Source: Octopus bimaculoides (Eukaryota). From it: a stretch of DNA of 64,000 nucleotides. A program made the translations under genes and the position numbers. Where the stretch lies: assembly GCF_001194135.2 (NCBI RefSeq), contig NC_068989.1:35620708-35684707 (forward strand), written 5' to 3'. Position 1 is the stretch's first letter, and every line of letters starts with the position of its first letter. Shown here piece by piece: positions 38,519-51,200 of the stretch. The notes below the pieces were generated by a model. That model saw only the letters and a program-made list of their open reading frames with translations, searched no databases and was not told the origin of the DNA.

Positions 38519-41500
38519 TAGATAGATAGATACACACACACACACATGCATGCACGCACACACACACACAATGTGTGTAAGTGTGTTTGGCACAATATTG
38601 CTGATTAAAAAAGAAACGATAAACTAGCATTGTATCAAAATGTTGCTTTGCAACTCATTAAAATACATATCTAAAAATAATAGTATAAGACTGAAATAAT
38701 AGAGTGAGATGAGGTGGTCAATATCATTGGCTAAAAAGCCTTGAAAGCAGTAGCACAGGATTGCAACAGCTAGTGACTGAAACCACTAAAATTTAAGAAA
38801 AAATACATATGCAAATACATTCAAATATACGTGTATATATATATATTCTATACATACATACAAAGAGGTTGCTCTTGAAGCTGAGAATTTGAACTTACAG
38901 TCACAATATTTACATAACACCTCAGGAAACACGATTAGATCTCATAATGCAAAGAAACAGCTGCATAATCAAGTACATGCACTCGAGAACTATGCTGTGT
39001 AGAAATAAATGTCCAACCATACTCCTTGTTGACTTTAAATTCTTTCAGTTATCTATTTACACATGACAGAAGCCCAAACGCAAACCTGGAAGTACGTATG
39101 ATATTACTACTGGATAGCACAGGATAAATCTGAAGGTGGACGAGCTTTATAATGTACTCTACTACGTTCTTAACAGACTATACCATAACTATATTCTATA
39201 CATATATATAGTATATATACACACACACATTTAATATAAAATATAAGTATGTGTAAAGCTATGTAGCAGACATACAAACATGGCAAATTTACATATTTTT
39301 TTCTAGACTGAAAAAATGAACAGCCTTAATCAATTTTTTACCTTTATTGGAATCTCATTAGGTGTCTACATCACTTGACTAATCTCAGAAAAGCAAGTAG
39401 CCAATCTGTTTATATACGTGGTCTGATCAGTAAGTATCCAGACTGTTGCTATAGTAATGAAGCTAAAGCTGCTTGGTTCAGATTGACCTTGAACTCTGCT
39501 GTGCATGTGCACTAAGTTTTAATGTGCTAGCTCACTTCTGCTGTTTACAGCAGTGCTTGGAAGGAAGGTGTGTAGCGTGTGATTGTCGCATTGACCATGA
39601 CAGAAAGCTGAGCAGAGAATCTGCATCAAATTTTACGAAAAGCTTGGTGATACTTGTTCAAAGGCCTATGCAAAGTTTCCAAAAAGTTTTCATTGTTCAA
39701 TCAAGGAGATCTTGTGCAACTGAAACCCAAATGTCTTTTTAGTCAACTGAAAGCAGTTTTGGCACAAACTTGGTAGACATGCTTCTCATACCCAAATCTT
39801 CAGTGATAATGGACTGAACTGAACCGTAACTAATCAGCACATCCTCTGATAGCTCATCGATGTTGATTCGATGATTTCCCCTCACAGCTGCACACACATC
39901 TGCAAGGCTTTTGTCAGTTCGGCTGGTTATGGGTCTCCCAGAACGTTTGTGAATATTGGCATTTTTTCGATCATCTTGGAAATGCCTGTACCACTCGTAC
40001 ACATGTGTGCAGCTCATACACTCCTCTCCATATACTTTCTGCAACTTTGTGTCAGCCTCTGAGCAAGTATCACCATGACAACTTTGTCATAGCCAATGCG
40101 ACAATCACATACTACACATCTTCCTTCTAAGCACTGCTGTAAACAGCAGAAGTGAGCTAGAATGTTAAAACTCAGTGCGCATGCACCACAAAGTTCAAGG
40201 TCAATCTGTGCCAAGTGGCTTTACTATGCATGCTTTAGCTTCCTTACTATGGCAACAGACTGGATACTTATTGACCAGACCTCATACACATCAAATCTAG
40301 TACCTTCAGAGAACTGGATCTACTAATTTGCATACTATAACTGTTTAGCACTTCCTTAAATACACACACACACAAACACACATATGTATACAGTCATAGT
40401 AGAATACTATTTTAATTTCATAGAGAATTTTAACTCACATGGTTTGATCTGGATTAAAGCAAGTTTATCTCTAATTTCTTCATTTCCCTTATCAACTTGG
40501 TCAACTTTTCTTTTGACATCAGCAATAGCATTTTCCCAATCTGAAATATATGAAACAAATACACGATTAAACCAAAGTAAATTCTTAGTTTTTGCATATG
40601 ACTGCTGCTGAAAAGTTCTTGGCTTTGGGTAAAAGAAAATACAGGTAGATCAGTTACTTATGATTTTGTTCAACCTATTCCCCCATTAGATTCACATACT
40701 TATTGCAATGGTTCTTCAGATTTTCTAAGTCCTGTAACAGAACTCAAAAGATTGGGCTTTCAACCAGGCTTTTTGCGATACCCTTAAAGCCAGGAACTTT
40801 TCAGCACCCCTTGTAGAAGTAATAGCCATCATTTTATGTGATGGTATCATGATTTCAAGCCAATTATGACAATATTTCAAGAAGGTCACAAAGAAATGAA
40901 ATATTTCTCCTAACAGTCCTGTCAAAATATGAGAAACCATGTAGTTCTTCTAATGCAGGAAACTTGCTCGGTTTGGGTCCCTTCTTTCATACTTTAACCT
41001 TTCATCTCCTAGCATTAAAATCACCTTCCTCAACTGTCTGTAGCCCTGATTCATTCAAAAAAGATTTTTGTCTTGCCATCAGCAGTGTGACTTCCCTGGT
41101 GTCAGAGCCATTGACAAAAGCACCCAATGCATGCTGTTAAGCAATCTAGCTATAGAAACCATGCCAATGTGAACATTGGAGCACAATGCAATCCTCAAAC
41201 TCATTGGATCCTGTTAATAAATTCTATCTTTGCCAACATGGAAAATGGACATTAAATGATGACGATGAAGATGATGATGATGATTACAATGGTGATAGTG
41301 GCAGTGGTGGTAGTGATATGAAAAAGAGTAGGAATGATTTGTTGAACAAACTGAAGGAGTGAGATAGTAAAAAACATTGAAGCTAGCTAATGACTGTGAA
41401 AGATAAAGATATAGGAAGTTGTGTCACTAGTTGTATACATATTGCCCCATGAAGTTAGAGATAGAGATGTCTGATTCTACACATACTGTTCAATTAATTA

Positions 41501-44500
41501 TTAAAATAACGAAGAATTTTGTAGAATTTAATAAAGTGATGAACTTTCCCATTTATTAGATTAAATTGGTGTTTGGAATAAGGCAAACAGTCCTTGCATG
41601 AAATTGTGGTAGAATGAAATGTGGTAAATGCGATCACTTTAAACAAAAGTTTTGTTTTTAACCTTGGAACCAGGAACAATCTAAGAATGGTTCCAGAAAG
41701 GTTAATACAATGTATGATAGTAAAATTAGTTAGTAAAATGAAAATAACACTGACATCTCATTTTAACGGATATATTTACAAAAATTACATAAAAATATCT
41801 TGATATACTCTCCAGACGACTTTGGAGTCTCCTGCAAATCTTTCGGACAGTCTTCTTGCTTAAGTTGGTGAATGCTGCCATAACCCTTGCCTTGAATTCA
41901 TCTTGGGTGTTACAAGGAGCTTTGGTCTCTTGCTCAACTGCACCCCACACATAATAATCAAGTGGGTTGCAATCTAGGGAGTTAGGTGGCCAGATGTTAG
42001 GGGTGATGTGTTTGCAGAAATTGTCTGACAACTGTGACTGGGTTCTCCTGCTTGTGTGACATGCTGCAAGAGTTCTGTTTCCAGACATAAGGTCTTCCAA
42101 CAGTCACCCTCTTGATCCAGGGCAGTACTACCTCCTCCAGGCACTTGATGCAGGCCTCCATGTTGAGTCTCAGGTCATGTGGGAAGACGAATGGAGGCAT
42201 AACGTTGCCATCACTAGTGATCACTCCAAATATCATGATATTGACTGGACGTTTGATTTTTATCACTCTTGGTACATGTTTTGGGGACATGGCAAGACAA
42301 TGGTTGTTTTGCATGTTCACCATCTGATCTGGGCAGAATTTTTTTTTTGTCTGAGAAAAACCAAAGTATGTTTGGTTGGAGAGAATGCTTGAATTTGTTC
42401 AAAAGCTTCATAGTACAGTCTTTCTTTTTGTCCTTGATGGCTTGGGATAAAATTTGGCCCTTTCTAATCTTGTATGAGGAATACCAAATGTCTTCACGCA
42501 CTACCTGCCTGATAAGAAACTCAGACACTCCCATGTCCCTGGCAATGGACCTGATTGACTTGGAGGGATCGTTGTCAATCATGGCCTGGATCTCACCAAC
42601 AAGTTCAGGAGTTCTTTTCTTAACATAATGATCAGAGTGTTTTCCAAACTGCTGTACCTTCGTAATCACCATTAGACTCGTCTCATTTTTTTTTATTCCT
42701 CTATACTGTCCTCAGATTGACATCCAAACACTCTGAAATGCTTGTATTGGAGCTTCTGGTGCAAATGACAAGCAGTAACAGCATGTTTCTAAATTTCTGG
42801 CAGAATGAATTCATCATGGTGCTGTCGTTTCTCACAGATGGTGCCTAACTGACCCTACTATACTGTATAGTTGACAAAACCAAAAACAAAGAATGTGTAT
42901 GCACAAAATTAAAAATATGAAATGGTGACAATTTACCCATTGCACCCTGTATATATATNNNNNNNNNNNNNNNNNNNNNNNNNNNNNNNNNNNNNNNNNN
43001 NNNNNNNNNNNNNNNNNNNNNNNNNNNNNNNNNNNNNNNNNNNNNNNNNNNNNNNNNNNNNNNNNNNNNNNNNNNNNNNNNNNNNNNNNNNNNNNNNNNN
43101 NNNNNNNNNNNNNNNNNNNNNNNNNNNNNNNNNNNNNNNNNNNNNNNNNNNNNNNNNNNNNNNNNNNNNNNNNNNNNNNNNNNNNNNNNNNNNNNNNNNN
43201 NNNNNNNNNNNNNNNNNNNNNNNNNNNNNNNNNNNNNNNNNNNNNNNNNNNNNNNNNNNNNNNNNNNNNNNNNNNNNNNNNNNNNNNNNNNCTTTCACTT
43301 CATTGTCCTCAATTCAATTGCCCTCCCCTCTTCCCACTCTGTTGGTTACATTACTCTCAACAAATGAAGATAATATAAAATAGTTAGGACTCCTTTGCTC
43401 TATGGGGTACAAAGCAACTTGAATACTGTTGATACCATAATACAACATACCCAGTGTGCTTTGTAAAGTGGTTGGAGTTAGGAAAGTCATTTCAACCATG
43501 TGAAACAAATGGATCATGTGAAATATAATACCATGTCTCTTCTAGGAGAGTAATAACTTCAAATTAGGACTGTGACAACCTGTCCAACCCATGCCAGCAT
43601 AGAAAGCAACTGATAATGACGGTAGTGGTGGTGGCAGTGATGGTGTTGTAGTTGGCGGTGACGATGGTGTTGGGGTTGGTGGTGGCAATGTTGATAATGA
43701 TGATGACAATGATGGTGGTGGTGATGGTGGTAGTGATGATGGTGATGATGATGATGATGGTGGTGATGATGGTAATGATGACAATGGTAGTGGTGATGCT
43801 GATGATGAGTTTCTCTTCTTCCCATTATAGTTGATCAATACTGTATCAATACTTAAATATAATCAATTACCAATTCTCTATCTTCTCTCACATTAAAAAA
43901 TAATTACTGAAACACAAAACTATATTTTTCAAGACAAATTTCTAATTTTCAGAGCTAAAAATTTAAACTAGTCTCATTCTTTAATGTTCATCAAAGGAAA
44001 AACAAAAAAACTATTCCATTCAAACAAAACCAGCAGCTTTTGCTGCATACCAGTCTATGAGTTCTGCCAATTACTATGAAGAGACAGGCATGGCTAGGTG
44101 CAAGGTGTGGCTGTGTAGCTAAGAAGCTTGCTTTTCAACTATGTCATCTTGGGTTCCATCCTGGACTCGACAACTAAATCTTTGTTGATTGAACTTGGTA
44201 GATGGAAACTGAAAAGAATGATATGTGTGTTTATGTGTGCCATTGTCTTGACATCATACATCATCATCATCATCAACAACAATGAATGTCCGTTTTCCAT
44301 GTTAGCATGAGTTGGATGGCTTGACAGGAACAGGCAAGGCCAGAGGCTACACAAGGTTCCATAGTCTGTTTTGACACTCCTCCTAATGCCAATCTCTCAA
44401 CTGAGTGTACTGGGTGCTTTTTACATGGCACCAGTACCCACACCAATGCTCTCTATGTGGTACCAGCACCCACACCAATGCTTTTTATGTGGAGCTTTGG

Positions 44501-46112
44501 TTTTAGGATCCCAATTCTGTTGTGGTGGAAGCATCACCATCATACAAGTGATGTTATTCTTTCCCAGTCTTCTGTGTAATCACACCTTACTATCTTTAAT
44601 AAAAAGAACACATTAAATAAAGTAGTTCAAGATTCAGTTTGTCTGAAAGGAAAAAAAGATGAGATGGTCATGGTTGGGATGTCTTTCATCAGAATTTTGT
44701 TTGGTCAACACCAAACAACAAAATATCTTCAGGAATTGCAATTGTTGTAAACTAAAACACATCTTACTTTTCAGAGAGTTGTCAACATTCTTGGCTTGTT
44801 TCAAATTTTTGTCGCTCACATCTTTGGATTTCTTTGCTGCCTCACTTACTCCTTTTAGCTACACAAAATAAACATTAGTAAACAAAATAAACATTAGCAA
44901 ACAAATTAAACATTAGTAAACAAAATAAACATTAGCAAACAAAATAAACATTAGTAAACAAAATAAACATTAGCAAACAAAATAATTCCTTGTCATACAA
45001 CCATTTATTCAAACCTGGAGCTAAATATTTAGAGTTCCATTTTAGTCGATAGCTTCCGCTATCTGGGCGACCAAGTTAGTAGTGGGGGTGGGTGCGCTGA
45101 AAGTGTAGCTGCTAGAATAAGAATAGCCTGTGCAAAGTTTAGAGAGCTCTTACCCCTGCTGGCGACAAAGGGACTCTCACTCAGAGTAAAAGGCAGACTG
45201 TATGACGCATGCGTACGAACAACCATGCTACATGGCAGTGAAACATGGGCTGTAACTGCTGAGGACATACGTAAGCTCGCAAGGAATGAAGCCAGTATGC
45301 TCCGTTGGATGTGTAATGTCAATGTGAATACCCGTCAGAGTGTAAGTATCTTGAGNNNNNNNNNNNNNNNNNNNNNNNNNNNNNNNNNNNNNNNNNNNNN
45401 NNNNNNNNNNNNNNNNNNNNNNNNNNNNNNNNNNNNNNNNNNNNNNNNNNNNNNNNNNNNNNNNNNNNNNNNNNNNNNNNNNNNNNNNNNNNNNNNNNNN
45501 NNNNNNNNNNNNNNNNNNNNNNNNNNNNNNNNNNNNNNNNNNNNNNNNNNNNNNNNNNNNNNNNNNNNNNNNNNNNNNNNNNNNNNNNNNNNNNNNNNNN
45601 NNNNNNNNNNNNNNNNNNNNNNNNNNNNNNNNNNNNNNNNNNNNNNNNNNNNNNNNNNNNNNNNNNNNNNNNNNNNNNNNNNNNNNNNNNNNNNNNNNNN
45701 NNNNNNNNNNNNNNNNNNNNNNNNNNNNNNNNNNNNNNNNNNNNNNNNNNNNNNNNNNCGTTGCCAGTGCCCCTGGACTGGCTTGTGCGGGTGGCACCTA
45801 AAAGACACCATTTCGAGCGTGGCCGTTTTCGTGCGGGTGACACGTAAAAGCACCCACTACACTCTCTGAGTGGTTGGCGTTAGGAAGGGCATCCAGCTGT
45901 AGAAACTCTGCCAAATCGGACTGGAGCCTGGTGTTGCCATCCGGTTTCACCAGTCCTCAGTCAAATCGTCCAACCCATGCTAGCATGGAAAGCGGACGTT
46001 AAACGATGATGATGTTAAGAGCTTAACTTGTTTTGTGCTTGAGAGAGAAATAGGAAGCAAAAGTAAATGGTAGAAGAGATGGATAGTTAGAAAGATAGAC
46101 AGATAGGTATAA

Positions 46113-46148
<36 letters not shown>

Positions 46149-46280
46149 GCAGACAGATCAGTAGAAGTTAAGAAGATGGCTGGATGGATTGATAAATAGA
46201 TAGTTATATAGACAAAGGATAATTATAAAAACAGAAAAATGGAGTGCTATTTGGGAAGTAAGATTGTGTGTGTGTGCGTG

Positions 46281-46321
<41 letters not shown>

Positions 46322-46490
46322 CCTCTCTGTTAGGAGGCACAAGCACTTACACACTCAGTAGTAACTTCTGCCTACCAAATTCAATTACAAAGCTTCGGTC
46401 GGCCTGAGGCTATAGCAGAAGACACTTGCCCTAGGGGCCACGCAGTGGGACTGAACCCGAAACCATGTCGCTGGGAAGCAAGCTTCCTAA

Positions 46491-46527
<37 letters not shown>

Positions 46528-48159
46528 CCAAGGCACCAGATGTTCCACAGATGTCATATGTGTAAACAGAATTTTTTTTTATTAAAGTAATTTAAATTGT
46601 AACGATTTTTTTTTAATGTTGTGCTGTTTATAAGTTATGAAATAATATTTGTATGTATTTTTATTGTAAAGCTAATAGTTGAATATTTTCAGGCTTCTAT
46701 GTGTAAAGCTTTTGAAACTGTGTTTATTGATATCAATTTTTTGACATATGGAAATAATATCTTTATGCTTACTTTACATATTTTCTTGTTGCATTTACCA
46801 AACACATGTTTTATTTGGTTTTCTTTATTGGAAGTACCATTTACAAAGAACTTATTCTATGTTAAGACAAAAGTGGAAGTGCATAGCTTAGTGGTTAGGG
46901 TATTGCACTCATGATCATTAGATTGTGGTTTTGATTTGTAGACTAGGCAATGTGTTCTTGGGAAAAACAATGCATTTCACATTGCTACAGTCCACTCAGC
47001 TGGCAAAAATGAAAAATCCTGCAACAGATCAGCATTCCATCCCAGGCATAGGTGGAATATATATATTCCACAGTATCTGGGAAACTGGCCTCATGAGTTT
47101 ATGGTTTGGGAAGGACCTTTGATCGTTGGTTTTACAGGTTCTTGTGATTTTCAGAGTTTGGACAATGTCTTACCTCTTTCTGTGCTATAGTGCTTTTATT
47201 GAGGGCATTCTTGGCTGCTTTCTGTGCTTCATTAATGGAATCAACTATTTTCTTATATGCTGTAGCAGCATCAAGAGATGGATCAGACTGGTTTTTAAAT
47301 GTGAAGTATTGTCTGTAAATGGAGGAGAAACACATATTAGACTGATGGCTGATATTTGATAAATGAGATCAGGAGCTGAGAGGTGGTGGGGGAGAAAGGT
47401 AGAGAAAGAGAAAGAGAGAGAGATGAATGAAGAGTGTAGATAACAGAGGGAAGGAAATAAATAAAGAGTATGAATGAAAGAGAGAAAAGGAAAAGAGAGG
47501 TAATAAATTAAGAGTATAGATGAGAAAGAGAGAGACAGAAAGATAAGGAAGAGTGCAGAGAGAGAGAGGGGGTAAAGGAGACAGAGAGAAGCATGGATGA
47601 GAGCAAGAGTGAGATAAAAGAAGTAAATGGCTACAAAGTGACATTTTTAACAACACTATATCTGCACTTATATTAAATGACATGTACTTCAAAGAATATA
47701 TGAACAATATACGTCTTCAAAATAATATATAGAACTAAACAATGTATATTGGCAATTTTGCAATAGGACCCCACCACCTGCCTAATATTGTAAAATGGTT
47801 GATGTTATGAAGGGCTGCCAACCATACATATAAACAGATTAAAAATGAAACATTGGGGGAAGTCATGATCTTCCAGCCTCTTGAATTGTCATACCCATGC
47901 TGGCATAAACAAAGGCGTGCTGAAAAGTTCCTGGATTTGGGTAAAAGAAAATACAGGAGGATTAATTATGATTTTATTCAACAAATTGCCCTCTCAGATT
48001 CACACACTTATTGCACCTGTCCTTCAGTTTTTCTAAGCCCTGTAAAAGAACTCAGATGGTTGGTCCAACCAGGCCTTTTGTGATACCCTTAAAGTCAAGA
48101 ACTTTTCAGCATGCCCTTGTATATAAATGTGAGTGTGTGTGCGTGTGCATGCATGCATG

Positions 48160-48230
<71 letters not shown>

Positions 48231-51200
48231 ATGTGTGTGTGAAGTCTAATTAATAATAATAATACTTACTTCTGTATAAGGTCAAAGGCATCAACAAGAG
48301 AGTCTGAATGGTTAAGAGCTTTCTCAACCAAATCTTTCACTGGCTTAATTTTGGTGTCATGTTCATTTGCCACATCAAAACGTAGTCGATTTATGGCTGC
48401 ATCAAGCCTGGAAAGCAGTTTTGGTAGCATCTGAGATGATAAAAAAAAAGGGAAAAACAAAATCATATTGGTCTTGATTGAGACTATATAAAAAGGATGC
48501 AGGGTTTTATGATAGACAAAGGTATAGTTGTGAACTGTGATAGCTGAAGATCTAACTGTCCACTGAGATAAACAAAGATATAGCTGTTGGCTGTAACAAA
48601 AATAGATATGGCTGTTGGCTGTGATAGATGGAAGTATGGCTATTGGCAATGACAGACAAAGGTATAGCTGTTGGATATGATGAATGAAGGATTAGCTGCA
48701 ATAGACAAAGGTATAGTTGTTGGCTTTGATAGATAATGGTATAGCTGTCAGTTGTGATAGATGAGGAGTTAGATGTTGGCTGTTGACAGTTGGCTCTCTA
48801 TCCTACATCAAAACACCTAGGATGTGTGTTTGTACTTTAGCTGAGAGTTGGCCTATGGCTTGTAAGTGGAAATAGGGAAAACTAACCTGATTAAACATTT
48901 AAATAATAGTTCTTCAGCTTAACCAAAATCATTACTTATGTGAACAGTGGGTATTTTTCTGGTGTTGAACACATAAATAATTAAATTTAACATTTTATTA
49001 TTTATATAAATACCCAGTGACCATTTATAGTTAAATTATAAATAGCCAAGTGGTTGGGGTGTTAGCCTCTCAATCATAAGGTTGTGAATTCAAATCATGG
49101 ACTGGGCCTCACATTGTATCCTTGAGCAAGGCTCTCCATTTTATGTTGTCCCAATCTATTCAGCTGAAAATGAGTACCAACCCAGTAATAGAACAGCCCT
49201 CTCTTCCTCCAGCTATCACATCCTTGCTGTTCCTCTGATAAAAAAGTGGGAGAGCCTAAAGAGTGTCTCTGCTCACAACTACATACTTACTTGAAACTAC
49301 AAGCAAGGTTATACTTGTTCTCAAATAACTCTTTTTAATTAATGAATTTCATTTTGCAACCCAATGGTTTTTATGACTATTTCAAACAGCAAGTCAGTTG
49401 CTACAACACCAGCAAGCAAGATGGAGCTTCCACTGCTAAAATCTTATAAAAAAATATTTGTAGTTGTCTCCCATGCTTGGCTAAATAATGTTTGCTACCC
49501 ATCCTCCTTCTATTCTCTCTGACTATTATATTAACCTTTTCGATACCAACCTGCCTGGGATTGGCATTTAGTACTATGAAACAAACTTCCTGTTTTAAAG
49601 TGATATAAATTAAAATTTTCCATCAAAATTTCATGCTAATTTTTGTTCTAAATACCAGCTTCATAATAACAGTTATTTTACTTTGTTATAATTTTCAAAA
49701 TTAATTGAAATTAAAGCGATGTATTTCAACAGATAGATAGTAACAAAAGGGTTAAACCAACTGTAAAACATTAGAAATAATGTTTTACATTATTACCCCA
49801 TCTTTATATTATATACTAGAATTTTTAATAATGTCTGATATAATTAACTTCAACAGTCGACTGGAGAGGGTTGATGGCTCCTATGAATATGTCATGGCGG
49901 TTACAACCAACACCACCACCATGTGAAAATATGTCACAACGACCAACAGTTGGAGGGTTGCTTGCACCAGCAGTTGGAGAGTTGCTACTACTGCTGCTAA
50001 CCCAAATGCCAAGCAGTTTAAAATAAAATAATGAAATTGATGTAACTAGACATTTCTTGGATTCTCTTCCTTCAAAGGATGGACCTTTGTGTCTGAAACA
50101 TAAGGTTTTTATTAAACCTTCTGCATTGTTAGAAGCTTTCTTTATTTCCCTATTCTTTTCCTATTTTTGTGCAACAATGCTTCAAGCTAACTACAACGCT
50201 ATTATTAATTTTTGGTTTAATTTTCTAATTAGTCAGTCAAAAAACAAATGTCAACATTTCGACTCAACTGTAATTTAACATGTTTTGTTTACCCAAGGAT
50301 TTTCTTCTGCGTTTTGAATAACTCCAGTTTTTCTTGTCTGTCATAAGAACATTTCCTTAATTTAAACATTCTTATTAAAAATATATATTTTTTTGTCACT
50401 TTTATAACAGTTATTTAAAAAAAATGTGGGTGATGAATAAAACGCAAATGAATTTTAAAACAAGAATATAAAAAAAGATCTGATAAATTGATAACTTGTT
50501 TTCTATAATCAATAATAAATACAAACTACTGAGATGCTTCTGAAAAAAACGAAAAGCTGTTGGAAAACAGATTATAGCAGCAACTTCATCTAAGAATATC
50601 TGAAGAAGGAATTGTATTCCGAAATATCATTGGACTATAGATAACTAAATTACAACAGGTATATAGTCCATTTTTTGTATTATAGTGCATTGTTGTACCA
50701 TTCAAAACTTTTTATTCTTTACAAACCTTATTCTTTTTTTTGATATTATCCACAACATCTTCAATTTTAGTTAGATTATCTTGAGTCATATCTTGGAGTT
50801 TTTTTATTTCTGATATATTCTTTTTCAACTGTTCTTCAAATTCCTGATAAAAATATAACAAAAAAAAATAATAATATGTTGAGTATAGTAAGAATTTAGG
50901 GACCAGAATAACTAAAATATACTGACTCTATGGATATGCCTGAGTTATTCTGTTCATCTGCTTCCTCTGGTTTTAATTATTATTCAAGAAAATAAAAATA
51001 AAAACCTAGGAAGCATTAGAACTGAGGTCAACAAGTTGGTCAATATTGATCCATTGGTGTCTCCACTTGAAATGATTTTGAGTATTAACCCTTTAGCCAT
51101 ATTCTACCTGTTTTTTGATAAAGCTGATCATATCCAAACTATCACACCTACCCTACAAGGTCATTCAAAAAGTATGCAAACACACCATTGAAATCCTGAA

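Noticed and set aside
44863-48795. Minisatellites (44863-44985, 48510-48795) as CRISPR-like arrays
   Set aside because: Units are contiguous with no unique spacers, there are no cas genes, and the context is a eukaryotic intron.
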